A stretch of 64,000 nt of DNA from Candidatus Bathyarchaeota archaeon (GCA_963782525.1 CAWAKC010000006.1:79493-143492); one strand, 5' to 3'. Positions 27,729-37,920 are shown, counted from the stretch's first letter. Program-made: numbers and translations. Notes: generated from the sequence alone by a model not told the origin.

Positions 27729-27925
27729 GTTTTTTCCTCTCTTGAATCACTTTTTATTTATTGCGTAATTTGTTTAAAAGAATTGTTATTTTGGGGGCCG
27801 TTCCTCATTTAATCATGGGTAAGTCAATGACGTTGAACAAAGACTGCAGTAATAAATGAGAACCCGCGAACGTAAATGCTTTAATCAAGGATGCTGCTAT
27901 ACAACCAAAAAAAGGTTAAGTTAAC

Positions 27926-28492
27926 GTGAACGCTGACAAACTAGTTATTGGTTTAGCTGGGATGCCTGGGTCAGGAAAATCCTTAGTCGTTGATTCAGCA
28001 GGTGAGTTGGGCTATGATGTTGTGGTTATGGGCGATGTGGTTAGGCAAGAAACCACAAAACGCGGGTTAGATTTGACGCCTCAGAACGTGGGCAAAGTGA
28101 TGCTTGAACTTCGTGCAGAAGGAGGAAACTATGTCATCGCACAGAAATGCATCCCAAAAATAGCGAAACAAACTAGCCCCAAGGTTCTTGTTGACGGCTT
28201 GAGAAGTCTCTACGAAGCCGACATATTCAAAGAGAATTTTGTCAAATTCAGTCTTGTGGCTGTCCACGCTTCGCCAGAAACCCGTTTCAGCCGTCTCTCG
28301 AACCGACGTCGAAGCGACGACCCAGCAGAGTGGAAAGTGTTCCATGAGCGTGACATGCGGGAGCTCAGCGTTGGTTTAGGCAACGTTATAGCGATGTCTG
28401 AGCAGATAATAGTGAACGATAATAGCTTCGAGCATGTTAAAGCTAAAGTAAAAGAGGCATTGGGGAAGATTGAGGAGAAATGGTTGAAGTAA
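27926..28492 (+). CDS. UPF0200 family P-loop nucleotide kinase (dephospho-CoA kinase-like)
   Basis: GLAGMPGSGKS, MGDVVR, DGLRS, RRRSDD, RDMREL. Confidence 0.88.
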   Translation: MNADKLVIGLAGMPGSGKSLVVDSAGELGYDVVVMGDVVRQETTKRGLDLTPQNVGKVMLELRAEGGNYVIAQKCIPKIAKQTSPKVLVDGLRSLYEADIFKENFVKFSLVAVHASPETRFSRLSNRRRSDDPAEWKVFHERDMRELSVGLGNVIAMSEQIIVNDNSFEHVKAKVKEALGKIEEKWLK

Positions 28493-28878
28493 CAGTTTTC
28501 GTTGAAACCGAAATTTATCCAACGGAATGCGAAGAAAACGTTAAGACAGCGGTTGCCAACTTTTTGGACAACGCAACCATAACCGTCAAACCCGCCGCTA
28601 AAGGAAGTACCTTAACGGCGGTGGCGAAAGGGGAAGAGTCACTTATCAAACTCCGCAATATGTTGCACAACGACCGAATCCGCGATGCAGCAAGAAGATT
28701 CCTCTTCAAATCTATCCGTGGAAACATGATTTCTTTTTGCTTAAACAAGCAGGTGGCTTTTGCTGGGCACATTTCGTTTTCCGAGCAAACTGCGGAGTCG
28801 CCGTTGGGTCCAATACGGGTAAACATTGAGACTGATAACACCGAGTTGCTTATCGGTTGGTTAGCTGAAAAGACTTAG
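28480..28878 (+). CDS. UPF0201/DUF54 putative RNA-binding protein
   Basis: PTECEENV, RIRDAAR, LNKQVAFAG, ESPLGPI. Confidence 0.88.
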   Translation: MVEVTVFVETEIYPTECEENVKTAVANFLDNATITVKPAAKGSTLTAVAKGEESLIKLRNMLHNDRIRDAARRFLFKSIRGNMISFCLNKQVAFAGHISFSEQTAESPLGPIRVNIETDNTELLIGWLAEKT

Positions 28879-28892
28879 AAGGAAGAGAGGGT

Positions 28893-29912
28893 TTGGCTGA
28901 GCGGGCGTTGGTAACGAAGAGTGGCGCGGTTCTGTTAGGGGACAGTGTCGCCTGTGATGCCCATGACTCCTCAAGACCTCTTCGTGTTGTAACCCATGCC
29001 CATGCCGACCACCTCTACGGTTTACGTACAAGCTTGAAGGGTTGCGAGAAGGTTTTGATGACCAAGGCCACCCGAGACCTCACACAAACCCTCAACGAAT
29101 CACTCAAACTAAAAGATGCCTCAGCCGTAAAAACCCTCGAGTATGGTAAAGTTCTCAAGTATGGCGACGAAAAAATCAGCTTCATAAAAGCAGACCACAT
29201 CTTGGGTGCATGCCAAGTTTTGGTTGAGGATTCAGGAGGCATACGCATCGTTTGGACTGGCGATTTCAGGTTGGATGGAACGCCAGTCGTTGACTGCGAT
29301 GTTCTGGTGGTTGAAGCCACGTATGGTAGCCCATCGTGCAGGCGCAACTTCGACGTGGATGTCCGTGAACTCTTGGTCTCAATGATTGAGAAACGACTTC
29401 GAGGCGGCACCGTTTACGTATTTGGTTATCATGGCAAACTTCAAGAAATTATGCAGATTTTGCGGAATGCAGATGTTGAAGTGCCCTTTGTTATGCCCGA
29501 GCGTGTTTACGAAGTGACCAAAGTCTGTGAGAAGCATGGCATGAAATTGGGTTGTCTCTCACTGTCCACCGATCATGAAGGGCACGAACTCTTAGACGGC
29601 AACTTGCCCTGTGTTGCTTTCTACCATATGAATCAACGGCAGCATGTGGGACTCAGGAACGCTCGAATCTGCGTGAGCGGCTGGGAATTTCGTAATCCTT
29701 GTAGACAAATTGGCGATCGCGAACATTTGGTTGCGCTGAGTGACCATTCGGATTTTGATGGCTTAATCGAATATGTGAAGCGTTCAAAAGCTAAGCAGGT
29801 TATCACGGACAATTTCCGCAGCAACGGTGATGCATTAGCTCGGGAAATCCGCAAGCGCCTAGGAATCTCTGCAATTGCTATGCCCCGAACTAATGGTCAA
29901 ACAACATTGTAA
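28893..29912 (+). CDS. MBL-fold (beta-CASP-like) nuclease
   Basis: THAHADH, HILGA, TGDF, VEATYG, SDHSDF. Confidence 0.85.
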   Translation: MAERALVTKSGAVLLGDSVACDAHDSSRPLRVVTHAHADHLYGLRTSLKGCEKVLMTKATRDLTQTLNESLKLKDASAVKTLEYGKVLKYGDEKISFIKADHILGACQVLVEDSGGIRIVWTGDFRLDGTPVVDCDVLVVEATYGSPSCRRNFDVDVRELLVSMIEKRLRGGTVYVFGYHGKLQEIMQILRNADVEVPFVMPERVYEVTKVCEKHGMKLGCLSLSTDHEGHELLDGNLPCVAFYHMNQRQHVGLRNARICVSGWEFRNPCRQIGDREHLVALSDHSDFDGLIEYVKRSKAKQVITDNFRSNGDALAREIRKRLGISAIAMPRTNGQTTL

Positions 29913-29940
29913 ACAAACCAATTTTCATGGATGGTTTTAT

Positions 29941-29969
29941 GGTTCTGTTTGGAGAACCATGCGGTTCTC
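29941..29969. promoter_or_regulatory. Putative operator upstream of TATA box
   Basis: GGTTCT-N6-AGAACC and GAGAACC-ATGC-GGTTCTC palindromes ahead of TTATAAATA (29980-29988). Confidence 0.5.
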
Positions 29970-30017
29970 TATTGAGAGTTATAAATACAAAAAAGAAATA
30001 ACGATTGGGGTCTAACA

Positions 30018-30731
30018 TTGAAAACGAAAATTGTTATTGTAGTGATCGGGATTGTCGCGTTGCTTTTAGGTCTGTTTTTGGCTTTGCCTCTTTTTACTGC
30101 AAACCTGAACCATCCAGCTCTTACATATCCTGGTGGCAGAGCTTACATCGGTTTAGATGTTGTATACGCTTATTTTAAACTCGAACCTTTCAATCAAAAT
30201 ATTCCGGGTTTATGGCGCGATACAAGTGACCCAACTCAAGTTAGCGAGAGCCTAACCAGTTATCTCATCATAATGAACGTCACAAATTATTCTAACAGCA
30301 CAGTTTACATGGAAAGTTTCGAAGCAACTGCAGCAAAATACATGAGTTCTGTGAGCAACAAAAGTTACATTAGCCAAGAAATCATCGAACCATTTCTCAC
30401 CAGCACCCAATTAACCAATGGCGAAAATGATAGACTTCATCAAGTATTCCCGACCGCAACTAGGTGGGAACCGTACGAGTCACGAATGGTCGCTTTTTCG
30501 GGTATCGAAGAGGTCACGAATACAAGTCTGCTGCAAACAGGAACATTCTATATGGGCGGTCATGTGTACGAAACCCCGATTGATGGTTTATCCTCTCAGG
30601 GTGTAGGCTCCAAATTGGTTCGTATGTCTGCACTTGGAAACGAGTTCCTCTATAACATCCTTGTTGGGCCAAATCAAGTGTTACGTTTTACGTGGGACGG
30701 GCAGATTGCCTATGTTGATGAGGCGCAATAA
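30018..30731 (+). CDS. Secreted/membrane-anchored hypothetical protein
   Basis: N-terminal hydrophobic signal, N-glycosylation sequons. Confidence 0.75.
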   Translation: MKTKIVIVVIGIVALLLGLFLALPLFTANLNHPALTYPGGRAYIGLDVVYAYFKLEPFNQNIPGLWRDTSDPTQVSESLTSYLIIMNVTNYSNSTVYMESFEATAAKYMSSVSNKSYISQEIIEPFLTSTQLTNGENDRLHQVFPTATRWEPYESRMVAFSGIEEVTNTSLLQTGTFYMGGHVYETPIDGLSSQGVGSKLVRMSALGNEFLYNILVGPNQVLRFTWDGQIAYVDEAQ

Positions 30732-30733
30732 CT

Positions 30734-31177
30734 TTGGCATCTAGCAATGAGGAGCTTGAAGGAACCACATTCAAAGTATACCTTTATGTTGCTAGGGAAG
30801 GACGTCCAGTCGGAACACGTGACGTAATCAGAAATCTTCCCCTAAGTAGCTCCAGCGTGGCTTTTAGGCACCTGCAAAAACTAGAAGCATTAGGACTATT
30901 GCAGAAAAACGAATATGGAGAATATACTCTTAAGGAAAAAGCAGGAATTCAAGGACACGTGTGGATTGGAAGGAACCTTGTCCCTCGCTTGTTGGTATAC
31001 TCGCTTTTCTTCCTTGGGCTCTTAACTGTTGAAATCTCAATTATCATAGTCCTTTTTTTCTTTAACAGTCAATTTCCAGATACTAACTTTATGTACCTTA
31101 CTGCAGTCACTGCTGCAGCAATGATTGTTCTCTCAACGGAGGGCTTGCTGCTCTCACGAAAAATGGCTAGAAAGTAA
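30734..31177 (+). CDS. Membrane-anchored winged-helix transcriptional regulator
   Basis: GTRDVIRNLPLSSSSVAFRHLQKLEALGLL HTH plus two C-terminal TM helices. Confidence 0.8.
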   Translation: MASSNEELEGTTFKVYLYVAREGRPVGTRDVIRNLPLSSSSVAFRHLQKLEALGLLQKNEYGEYTLKEKAGIQGHVWIGRNLVPRLLVYSLFFLGLLTVEISIIIVLFFFNSQFPDTNFMYLTAVTAAAMIVLSTEGLLLSRKMARK

Positions 31178-31307
31178 TATTACCTCATGTCGATTGAATA
31201 CTGCACACTTTACCGCTTGTTTGGTCTTTTTCGAAACGCTTTAGATAAACCTTAAAAGTACAGAGTTAAACCTAAATCTCAACCTAACGCGTGCAAAGGA
31301 ATTTGAA

Positions 31308-32579
31308 ATGACAAAAACATCTGTAATTTCAGGCTTCTATAAGATTCCGCCCAAAGAGCGGCTAGCAATCATCAAAGACTTCGCAGGTTTAACCGACGAA
31401 GAAGTTCGTTTACTGGAGAACACTGGTTCTTTGCCGATGGATGTCGCGGATCACATGGTTGAAAACGTAATCGGTGTCTTTCCTGAACCCATGGGCATCG
31501 GCGTTAACTTCCAAATAAACGGCAAAGACTACCTCATCCCCATGGCGACTGAAGAGCCAAGCGTAATTGCTGCAGCCAGCTACGCCGCCAAAATGGTTCG
31601 AGACGGCGGCGGATTCCACACTATCAGCACCGCACCGGTCATGATAGGGCAAATCCAAGTGGTCAAACTAAAGGACGCCAACGCAGCCAAAATACAGGTT
31701 TTAGATGCCAAATCTGAATTGCTCAAGAAAGCAAACGATCAAGACCCCGTCCTCAACTCCTTCGGTGGAGGCGCCAAAGACCTCGACGCCCGAGTCATCG
31801 AAACAACCATGGGACAAATGCTCATTGTTCATCTGTTCGTTGATTGCCGAGACGCAATGGGTGCAAACGCCGTTAACACCATGGCAGAAGCCATATCCCC
31901 TGTGATTGAGCAACTCACCGGCGGACATGTTTACCTCAGAATTATCAGCAACCTCGCTGTGAAACGTCTCGCAAAAGCTACCTGCACGGTTCCCAAAGAA
32001 GCAGTAGGCGGCGAAGCAGTCGTCGACGGCATCGCATATGCCTCCGCGTTTGCAGCAGCCGACCCATACCGCGCAGCAACCCACAACAAAGGCGCCATGA
32101 ATGGTATAATCGCCGTCGTCTTAGCAACAGGCAACGACCACCGCGCCATCGAAGCGGGCGGACACGCTTACGCAGCGTTCAACGGACCATACACTAGCTT
32201 CTCAAAATGGGTTAAGAACAAAAACGGTGACTTAGAAGGCACAATCGAATTGCCCATGGCTGTCGGCTTAATAGGGGGCGCAGTAAAAACCCATCCCATC
32301 GCAAGAATTGCTATGAAAATCCTCAATGTCAAATCAGCCAACGAATTCGGAGAAGTTCTAGCGGCTGTAGGTTTAGCCCAAAACTTAGCTGCCCTCCGCG
32401 CACTCTCAAGCGAAGGAATCCAACGTGGCCACATGTCCCTGCACGCCAGAAACATCGCCGTCACCGCAGGCGCCAAAGACAATCAAATCGACATAGTTGC
32501 AGAACGCATGGTTAAGGAACGCAAAGTCCGCGTGGACCGAGCCAAAGAAATCCTCGAAGAACTAACAAAAAAACAATAA
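31308..32579 (+). CDS. mvaA: Hydroxymethylglutaryl-CoA reductase, class II
   Basis: ENVIG, EEPSVIAA, DAMGAN, THNKG, GIQRGHMSLH. Confidence 0.93.
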   Translation: MTKTSVISGFYKIPPKERLAIIKDFAGLTDEEVRLLENTGSLPMDVADHMVENVIGVFPEPMGIGVNFQINGKDYLIPMATEEPSVIAAASYAAKMVRDGGGFHTISTAPVMIGQIQVVKLKDANAAKIQVLDAKSELLKKANDQDPVLNSFGGGAKDLDARVIETTMGQMLIVHLFVDCRDAMGANAVNTMAEAISPVIEQLTGGHVYLRIISNLAVKRLAKATCTVPKEAVGGEAVVDGIAYASAFAAADPYRAATHNKGAMNGIIAVVLATGNDHRAIEAGGHAYAAFNGPYTSFSKWVKNKNGDLEGTIELPMAVGLIGGAVKTHPIARIAMKILNVKSANEFGEVLAAVGLAQNLAALRALSSEGIQRGHMSLHARNIAVTAGAKDNQIDIVAERMVKERKVRVDRAKEILEELTKKQ

Positions 32580-32702
32580 TTCCCCGATTTTTTTCGTTCT
32601 TTGTTTTAAGAACTATTTTTTAACAGGATATGACTACTTAAAAGGCTAATGCGCCGCTGCCGCTTATGACAGGGTCGGATTTGAGGTAAAAAAGGGTTGG
32701 GT

Positions 32703-33398
32703 TTATTCTAGTATTATTCTTGCGTCGACTGTTTTTGCGCCTTTTGGGTATGCCATGACGGGGTTGAGGTCGAGTTCTTTGATTTCTGGGTTTTCCATGA
32801 CGAGGCGTGAAACGCTGCAAAGTATAGCCACAAGGGCGTCTATGTCTGCTGGCGGCGTATTTCGGTAACCATTCAGGAGCGGATAAGCCTTAAGCTGAGT
32901 AATCATTTCTTTTGCGTCTTCAGCCGTTATGGGTGCAACCCGGAAGTTGACGTCTTTTAGGAGCTCAACGAATATGCCGCCTAAGCCGAACATGACGGTT
33001 TGACCAAACTGCGGGTCCTTGATTGCTCCCACGATGACTTCGGTGGACTGCGGCGCCATCTCCTGCACCAAGACTCCAACGATTTTGGCGTCTGCCTTGT
33101 ATTTCTTTGCGTTTTCAATTATTTTTTTGTAGCCGCTCGCAACTTCAGCTGTTTTTTTCAGGTTTACCAGAACTCCTCCCGCCTCGGATTTGTGGATTAT
33201 GTCGGGGGACACAATTTTCAGGACTATGGGGTAGCCGATTTCGTCGGCATAGGTTGAGGCTTCTTTTTCTGTTTTTGCGAGTTGGAATTTGTTAACTGGG
33301 ATGCCGTATTCTGAGCAGATAGTTTTGGCTTCTGGTTCGAGGAGTACTTTTCTGTTTTCATTTTTGGCTTGGTGGATGATTTTTGCGGTTTGGTTCAA
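32703..33398 (-). CDS. Acetate--CoA ligase (ADP-forming) beta subunit, ATP-grasp
   Basis: GYPIVLKIVSPDIIHKSEAGGV, DPQFG, FGLGGIFVE, ELDLNP. Confidence 0.9.
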   Translation of the reverse strand: MNQTAKIIHQAKNENRKVLLEPEAKTICSEYGIPVNKFQLAKTEKEASTYADEIGYPIVLKIVSPDIIHKSEAGGVLVNLKKTAEVASGYKKIIENAKKYKADAKIVGVLVQEMAPQSTEVIVGAIKDPQFGQTVMFGLGGIFVELLKDVNFRVAPITAEDAKEMITQLKAYPLLNGYRNTPPADIDALVAILCSVSRLVMENPEIKELDLNPVMAYPKGAKTVDARIILE

Positions 33399-33535
33399 GA
33401 GTTATTCTTCCAGTGCATGTTTGAGTATGTGATGTTTTGTGGGTTTAAAAATGGTTTGTTTGTGCTTTGAGTTTTGTTTAGTATGTCTGTAGTACATATT
33501 ATCAGTATAGTATAATGAGACATAATATTTAATAG

Positions 33536-35323
33536 TTGTTGAAGCCAAAATACGAACAACGACCCACTATGCGCAAACTCAATTTCAACCAAAAAATCAA
33601 AGAAAAAATCGCAGCTACCAAAGCCAAACTCCACCAATCAAATATCGCCTTCAAAACTCGTCTACAAAAAATGAACCAAACCATCAAAGGCCAAAACGCA
33701 AACACAAAAGCAAAAATAAAAAACATCCATCTCCCAAAAATAAAATTAAAAATAAACCTAAACTTCTCAAAAAAACAATCCGAACCCGAACCAACCCCAA
33801 TACCTAAAACCCTGCAAAAGGGCATAAAAATCGTCGACAAATATCCACTCTACGAACCCTTCGCCCAAGTGGTGATAGTTCAAGACCCCAAAACAGGCGA
33901 AAACAAATACTTCCTCGACGAGCTCCAGCTTGACCCCATGGAACGGGCAATTTATCAACGAATTTTAGAAATCCTATTAGCAGAAATTGAGTCACCCAAA
34001 GAAGAAATAACCGACCCAAGAAAGTTTTTCGCTGAAGAAGCCAAAAAAATTGTGGACAAATACCGTATCAGCCTCGGTTGGCTTCCAGACGTCTCCTGGT
34101 ACAAAATCCTCTACCATGCAGAGAGGGATTTGGTTGGGTTTGGCAAAATTGATCCGTTAATGCGTGACCCTAACATTGAAGACATTTCCTGCGACGGAGT
34201 CCAAAAACCAGTGTATATTTGGCACCGCAACTTTGAAAGTATAGAAACCAACCTGCAATTTGAAAGTGACGAGGACCTCGACAACTTAGTTGTTAAACTT
34301 GTTCACATGGCTGGGAAACACGTTAGCAGTGCCTTCCCCATTGTGGATGCTTCTTTGCCGGGTAAACACCGTCTTGCCGTTGCGTATAGACGGGAAATCA
34401 CACCTTTCGGGACAGCTTTTACCATCAGAAAGTTCCGTGAAGACCCCTACTCAATTATTGACTTAATCAACATCGGCACTTTCACCGAGGAAATGGCGGC
34501 TTACCTTTGGATTTGCCTCGAAAACCGTGCGTCAATCATGGTTCTCGGCGGGACAGCTGCAGGTAAAACTACAGCTTTGAACGCTTTAGGTTGCCTCATT
34601 AAGCCCGGCAGCAAAATCATGACCATCGAAGAAACTGCCGAACTTAACTTGTCTCATGAAAACTGGGTTTCACTCATTGCTCGTCAAAGTTACGGTTTAG
34701 GCGGCAGTAGTGTGGGTGAAGTTGCGCTTTTCGACTTAGTGAAAACTTGTATGCGGCACCGTCCCGACTTGATGATTGTAGGCGAAGTTCGAGGTCAAGA
34801 AGCATATGTTCTGTTCCAGGCTTTGGCAACAGGCCACGGTGGCATGTGTACCATGCACGCTGAAAATGTTCAATCAGCTGTTAGACGTTTAACCCAAAAA
34901 CCCATGGATATTTCGCCAGCATACATTCCACTCATGAACATCGTCATGTCTGTTCAACGTGTTCACTTGGTAAAGAACGGTGAGAAGAAAGCATATCGCC
35001 GCATCCTCTCCGTCAACGAAATTGTCGATTCTGAAAAATTCATCGAATCCTTCAAATGGGACCCCATAAAAGACCAGCAAATCACCGATATACAATCAAG
35101 CTTTTTGTTAACCAACTTTTCAGAGCGCCTCGGCATAACACGGGAACAACTCATCGAAGAAATGCAACGACGAACTAACGTATTGAAGTGGATGCGGAAG
35201 GAAAAAATACGAAGCTACAAAGAAGTTGCTTCAATAATTGCGGAGTACTACGCTAGACCAAAAGAGTTCTACCATAAAATACTGGAAAATGAGGAGGCTA
35301 AACCAGTTGCCGCTTATAGATAA
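33536..35323 (+). CDS. Type IV pilus/type II secretion assembly ATPase (VirB11/FlaI/TadA family)
   Basis: Walker A GGTAAGKT, IEETAE, Walker B IVGEVRG, TGHG..TMHA; true start uncertain. Confidence 0.93.
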   Translation: MLKPKYEQRPTMRKLNFNQKIKEKIAATKAKLHQSNIAFKTRLQKMNQTIKGQNANTKAKIKNIHLPKIKLKINLNFSKKQSEPEPTPIPKTLQKGIKIVDKYPLYEPFAQVVIVQDPKTGENKYFLDELQLDPMERAIYQRILEILLAEIESPKEEITDPRKFFAEEAKKIVDKYRISLGWLPDVSWYKILYHAERDLVGFGKIDPLMRDPNIEDISCDGVQKPVYIWHRNFESIETNLQFESDEDLDNLVVKLVHMAGKHVSSAFPIVDASLPGKHRLAVAYRREITPFGTAFTIRKFREDPYSIIDLINIGTFTEEMAAYLWICLENRASIMVLGGTAAGKTTALNALGCLIKPGSKIMTIEETAELNLSHENWVSLIARQSYGLGGSSVGEVALFDLVKTCMRHRPDLMIVGEVRGQEAYVLFQALATGHGGMCTMHAENVQSAVRRLTQKPMDISPAYIPLMNIVMSVQRVHLVKNGEKKAYRRILSVNEIVDSEKFIESFKWDPIKDQQITDIQSSFLLTNFSERLGITREQLIEEMQRRTNVLKWMRKEKIRSYKEVASIIAEYYARPKEFYHKILENEEAKPVAAYR

Positions 35324-37028
35324 GTTTGAAGCTTTATCGTTTCGCCTCTTCGGGCGCTACGCCCCATACGTTTTGAAGAATGTTTTTCCCCAAATTAAGA
35401 CTAACTTGGAAAAGGGTCGAGTGAGAATCTACCCTGAAACCTACATTTCCCTAATGTTCTTCGTCGCAATGTTAACGTTGCCAATTTCCGTTGTAGCCGC
35501 CGGGATAGCTTTGACCTTTGGGTTTTTGCCCATTCTTGCTTTGGCTTTTCTGCCCTTGTTTGTTGTTGTGGGGTTTCTGATTGTTCCCATGAACAACGCC
35601 AGCGAAAGATCCTCAGGGTTAGAACGTGAAATGCCTTTCGCTGCTGCATACATCAGCGTCATGTCGTCAGGAGGCATCGCACCCTACACCAGCTTTAAAC
35701 GGTTAACTCAAGTGGACCTCATGCCCGCAATGAGTAAAGAAGCCAGAGATATCATAAAAGACGTTGAAATCTTCGGCGTTGACCCGCTCTCTGCTCTTGA
35801 TCTGGCTGCAAAAAAGACTTCACTGGACATCTTCAAAGATTTCCTAAGCGGCTATGCTTCAACCGTCATTATCGGCGGTGACATCGGGCACTATCTTGAA
35901 CGTAAAGCAGAAGACATCTTCAAAACCCGCGCATTACGCGTCAAAGCAGCTGCTGAACGTTTAGGCATGCTGCTTGAAACCTTCATAATCGTCATGGTTA
36001 TGATGTCACTGTGCTTCTACATCCTGTTCGCAGTTAACGGCATCCAAAATGGGTCAAACGCAAGCACCGACATCTCCCAGTACTCAGGCATACTAATGTA
36101 TACCTACATTTTTACGCCCATGCTCTCAATAATGTTCATCTATTTAGCCCATAGCATGCAGCCCAAAACACCCGTGCTAGATATGCGCCCCTACAAGGTC
36201 TTTGCTATATCCTGCGTACTGGCAATAATCGTTTTCCTATTGCTAACAAACTTCATAGGTACAATGCAACTTCCAATATTTACCCAGTTGCAATCAATAG
36301 GTGTCGACTTACCTGTAGCCTTGGCCGTCGCGTTGTTCATATCTGCGGCTCCGGCAGCCATCGTGCATATTCGATTAACAAAAATTAAAACCAGCATGGA
36401 AGCTGGAGTTTCCAATTTTCTGCGAGACCTCACGGAAGTTCGAAAAACAGGGTTATCACCCGAAAAATGCATCGAAAGCTTATCCAAACGAGACTACGGC
36501 GGGTTTACCAAGGAACTTAGAAAAATTAGCTCTGAAATTTCCTGGGGAATTCCTGCAAAAAAAGTCATGATGGATTTTCTGCATCGTACACGCAGTTGGA
36601 TGGTGCAAATAGTCATGTTCCTACTCGTCGAAACCATCGACGTCGGCGGAGGAACCATCGCCATGATTGAGTCGTTGGCACGCTTCAACAATTTAACTCA
36701 AGAAGTTGAAAAAGAAAAGAAAATGTCAGTTCGACCCTACGTGATGATGCCGTACCTGGCTTCGATTCTGCTGGTGGCAACCACCATTATGATGATGGGG
36801 TTAACCACTGGAGTCGCCGTGCCGGGATCAACTGCACCACCTACCGACAACACCCTCATGCAAGTGATATTCATTTCATCCGTAATCTTCAACAGCTACC
36901 TCATCGGCATCGTCGCAGGCAAAATCAGCGAAGAATCCGTTGGAGCAGGCTTCAAGCACGCCGCAATCCTCGTGTTAATCTCTATAGTAGCTGCCAAAAT
37001 AATTCCGTCATTCGTGAAACTTGGATAG
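35307..37028 (+). CDS. Type II secretion system F / TadC-FlaJ platform protein (two T2SSF domains)
   Basis: EREMPFAAAY..., FLRDLTEVRKTGLSPE; multiple TMs; TTG start after GAGGAGG. Confidence 0.9.
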   Translation: MPLIDKFEALSFRLFGRYAPYVLKNVFPQIKTNLEKGRVRIYPETYISLMFFVAMLTLPISVVAAGIALTFGFLPILALAFLPLFVVVGFLIVPMNNASERSSGLEREMPFAAAYISVMSSGGIAPYTSFKRLTQVDLMPAMSKEARDIIKDVEIFGVDPLSALDLAAKKTSLDIFKDFLSGYASTVIIGGDIGHYLERKAEDIFKTRALRVKAAAERLGMLLETFIIVMVMMSLCFYILFAVNGIQNGSNASTDISQYSGILMYTYIFTPMLSIMFIYLAHSMQPKTPVLDMRPYKVFAISCVLAIIVFLLLTNFIGTMQLPIFTQLQSIGVDLPVALAVALFISAAPAAIVHIRLTKIKTSMEAGVSNFLRDLTEVRKTGLSPEKCIESLSKRDYGGFTKELRKISSEISWGIPAKKVMMDFLHRTRSWMVQIVMFLLVETIDVGGGTIAMIESLARFNNLTQEVEKEKKMSVRPYVMMPYLASILLVATTIMMMGLTTGVAVPGSTAPPTDNTLMQVIFISSVIFNSYLIGIVAGKISEESVGAGFKHAAILVLISIVAAKIIPSFVKLG

Positions 37029-37039
37029 GAGACCAAAAC

Positions 37040-37903
37040 TTGCAAAATCATCATCGCACAAATCTACCTAAAGATCAAAGGGCAACTAGCCCCGCTATTT
37101 CCACAGTCATTTTGACTGGCACCGTCGTTGTCATGATTTTGGTTGCGATGACTTTCGCAAACAATACCTTAGGGTTAAAGATGGCCAAGAACGAGTATGA
37201 CACAAATCAACAATTCATGCAGACTACGGGACAACAGATTGATGATGTTGCTTGGACTGTTGGTCGTACCCAAACAATTGCGTATTCAGGCAATTATGGC
37301 AACGTAAAGTTCCAGGAAGTTGCGTTAGATTACACTTTTCAGGTTTTCACAGCTTCAGGGGGGTTGAAAACTTTAACTTTGCCCGGAGAAACAGGAGTAA
37401 TTCTCTACAATATGCCTGTGGGTTCTTACTCTTTAGGCAACAACTATTTTGCTCGGGTTCCTTTGGGTACCGATGATTCATTTTTGCAATATGATTCCTC
37501 AGCGCCGATAAGTCAAGTGATTTGCGAGCAAAAAGTTCCTATGAGTGACGGCAGCTACAATCGAATAACACTTGTTCCCACAATGAGAGTGCTTACTTCA
37601 AACGTAGGGACAACAAGCAACTTCAAATTTTATCTGCCTGACCTCGAAAACGGAACAAACCTCTACAGATCCCAATCTATTACATTAACGGGCGCAGGCA
37701 TCTCTAAAGTTACAATGTCTGACGTTTCTCAAGTTATCATTACGGTCAGTTTCCCTCAGGCAGCTCTTGGATTTGACAGATCTTTCTTCAATTTTAACAG
37801 TACTACAATAACTCTAGACGGTTCTTCGACTCCAAAATTGGCTCCACATTCAACGGTTGAATTCTACGTTGGCAAAGTAATTGTGGCTTTGGGACAGGTG
37901 TAA
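37040..37903 (+). CDS. Pilin-like protein with class III signal peptide
   Basis: KDQRA|TSPAISTVILTGTVVVMILVAMTFA. Confidence 0.75.
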   Translation: MQNHHRTNLPKDQRATSPAISTVILTGTVVVMILVAMTFANNTLGLKMAKNEYDTNQQFMQTTGQQIDDVAWTVGRTQTIAYSGNYGNVKFQEVALDYTFQVFTASGGLKTLTLPGETGVILYNMPVGSYSLGNNYFARVPLGTDDSFLQYDSSAPISQVICEQKVPMSDGSYNRITLVPTMRVLTSNVGTTSNFKFYLPDLENGTNLYRSQSITLTGAGISKVTMSDVSQVIITVSFPQAALGFDRSFFNFNSTTITLDGSSTPKLAPHSTVEFYVGKVIVALGQV

Positions 37904-37920
37904 TTGCTGGAGGTTAAATT

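Larger units (their letters stand above)
20315..27925. mobile_element. Putative decaying accessory island (boundaries approximate)
   Basis: Low coding density, AT-richer genes, pseudogenes (Zn ribbon, truncated PolX) between housekeeping thpR and UPF0200 genes; no intact integrase or terminal repeats found. Confidence 0.4.
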
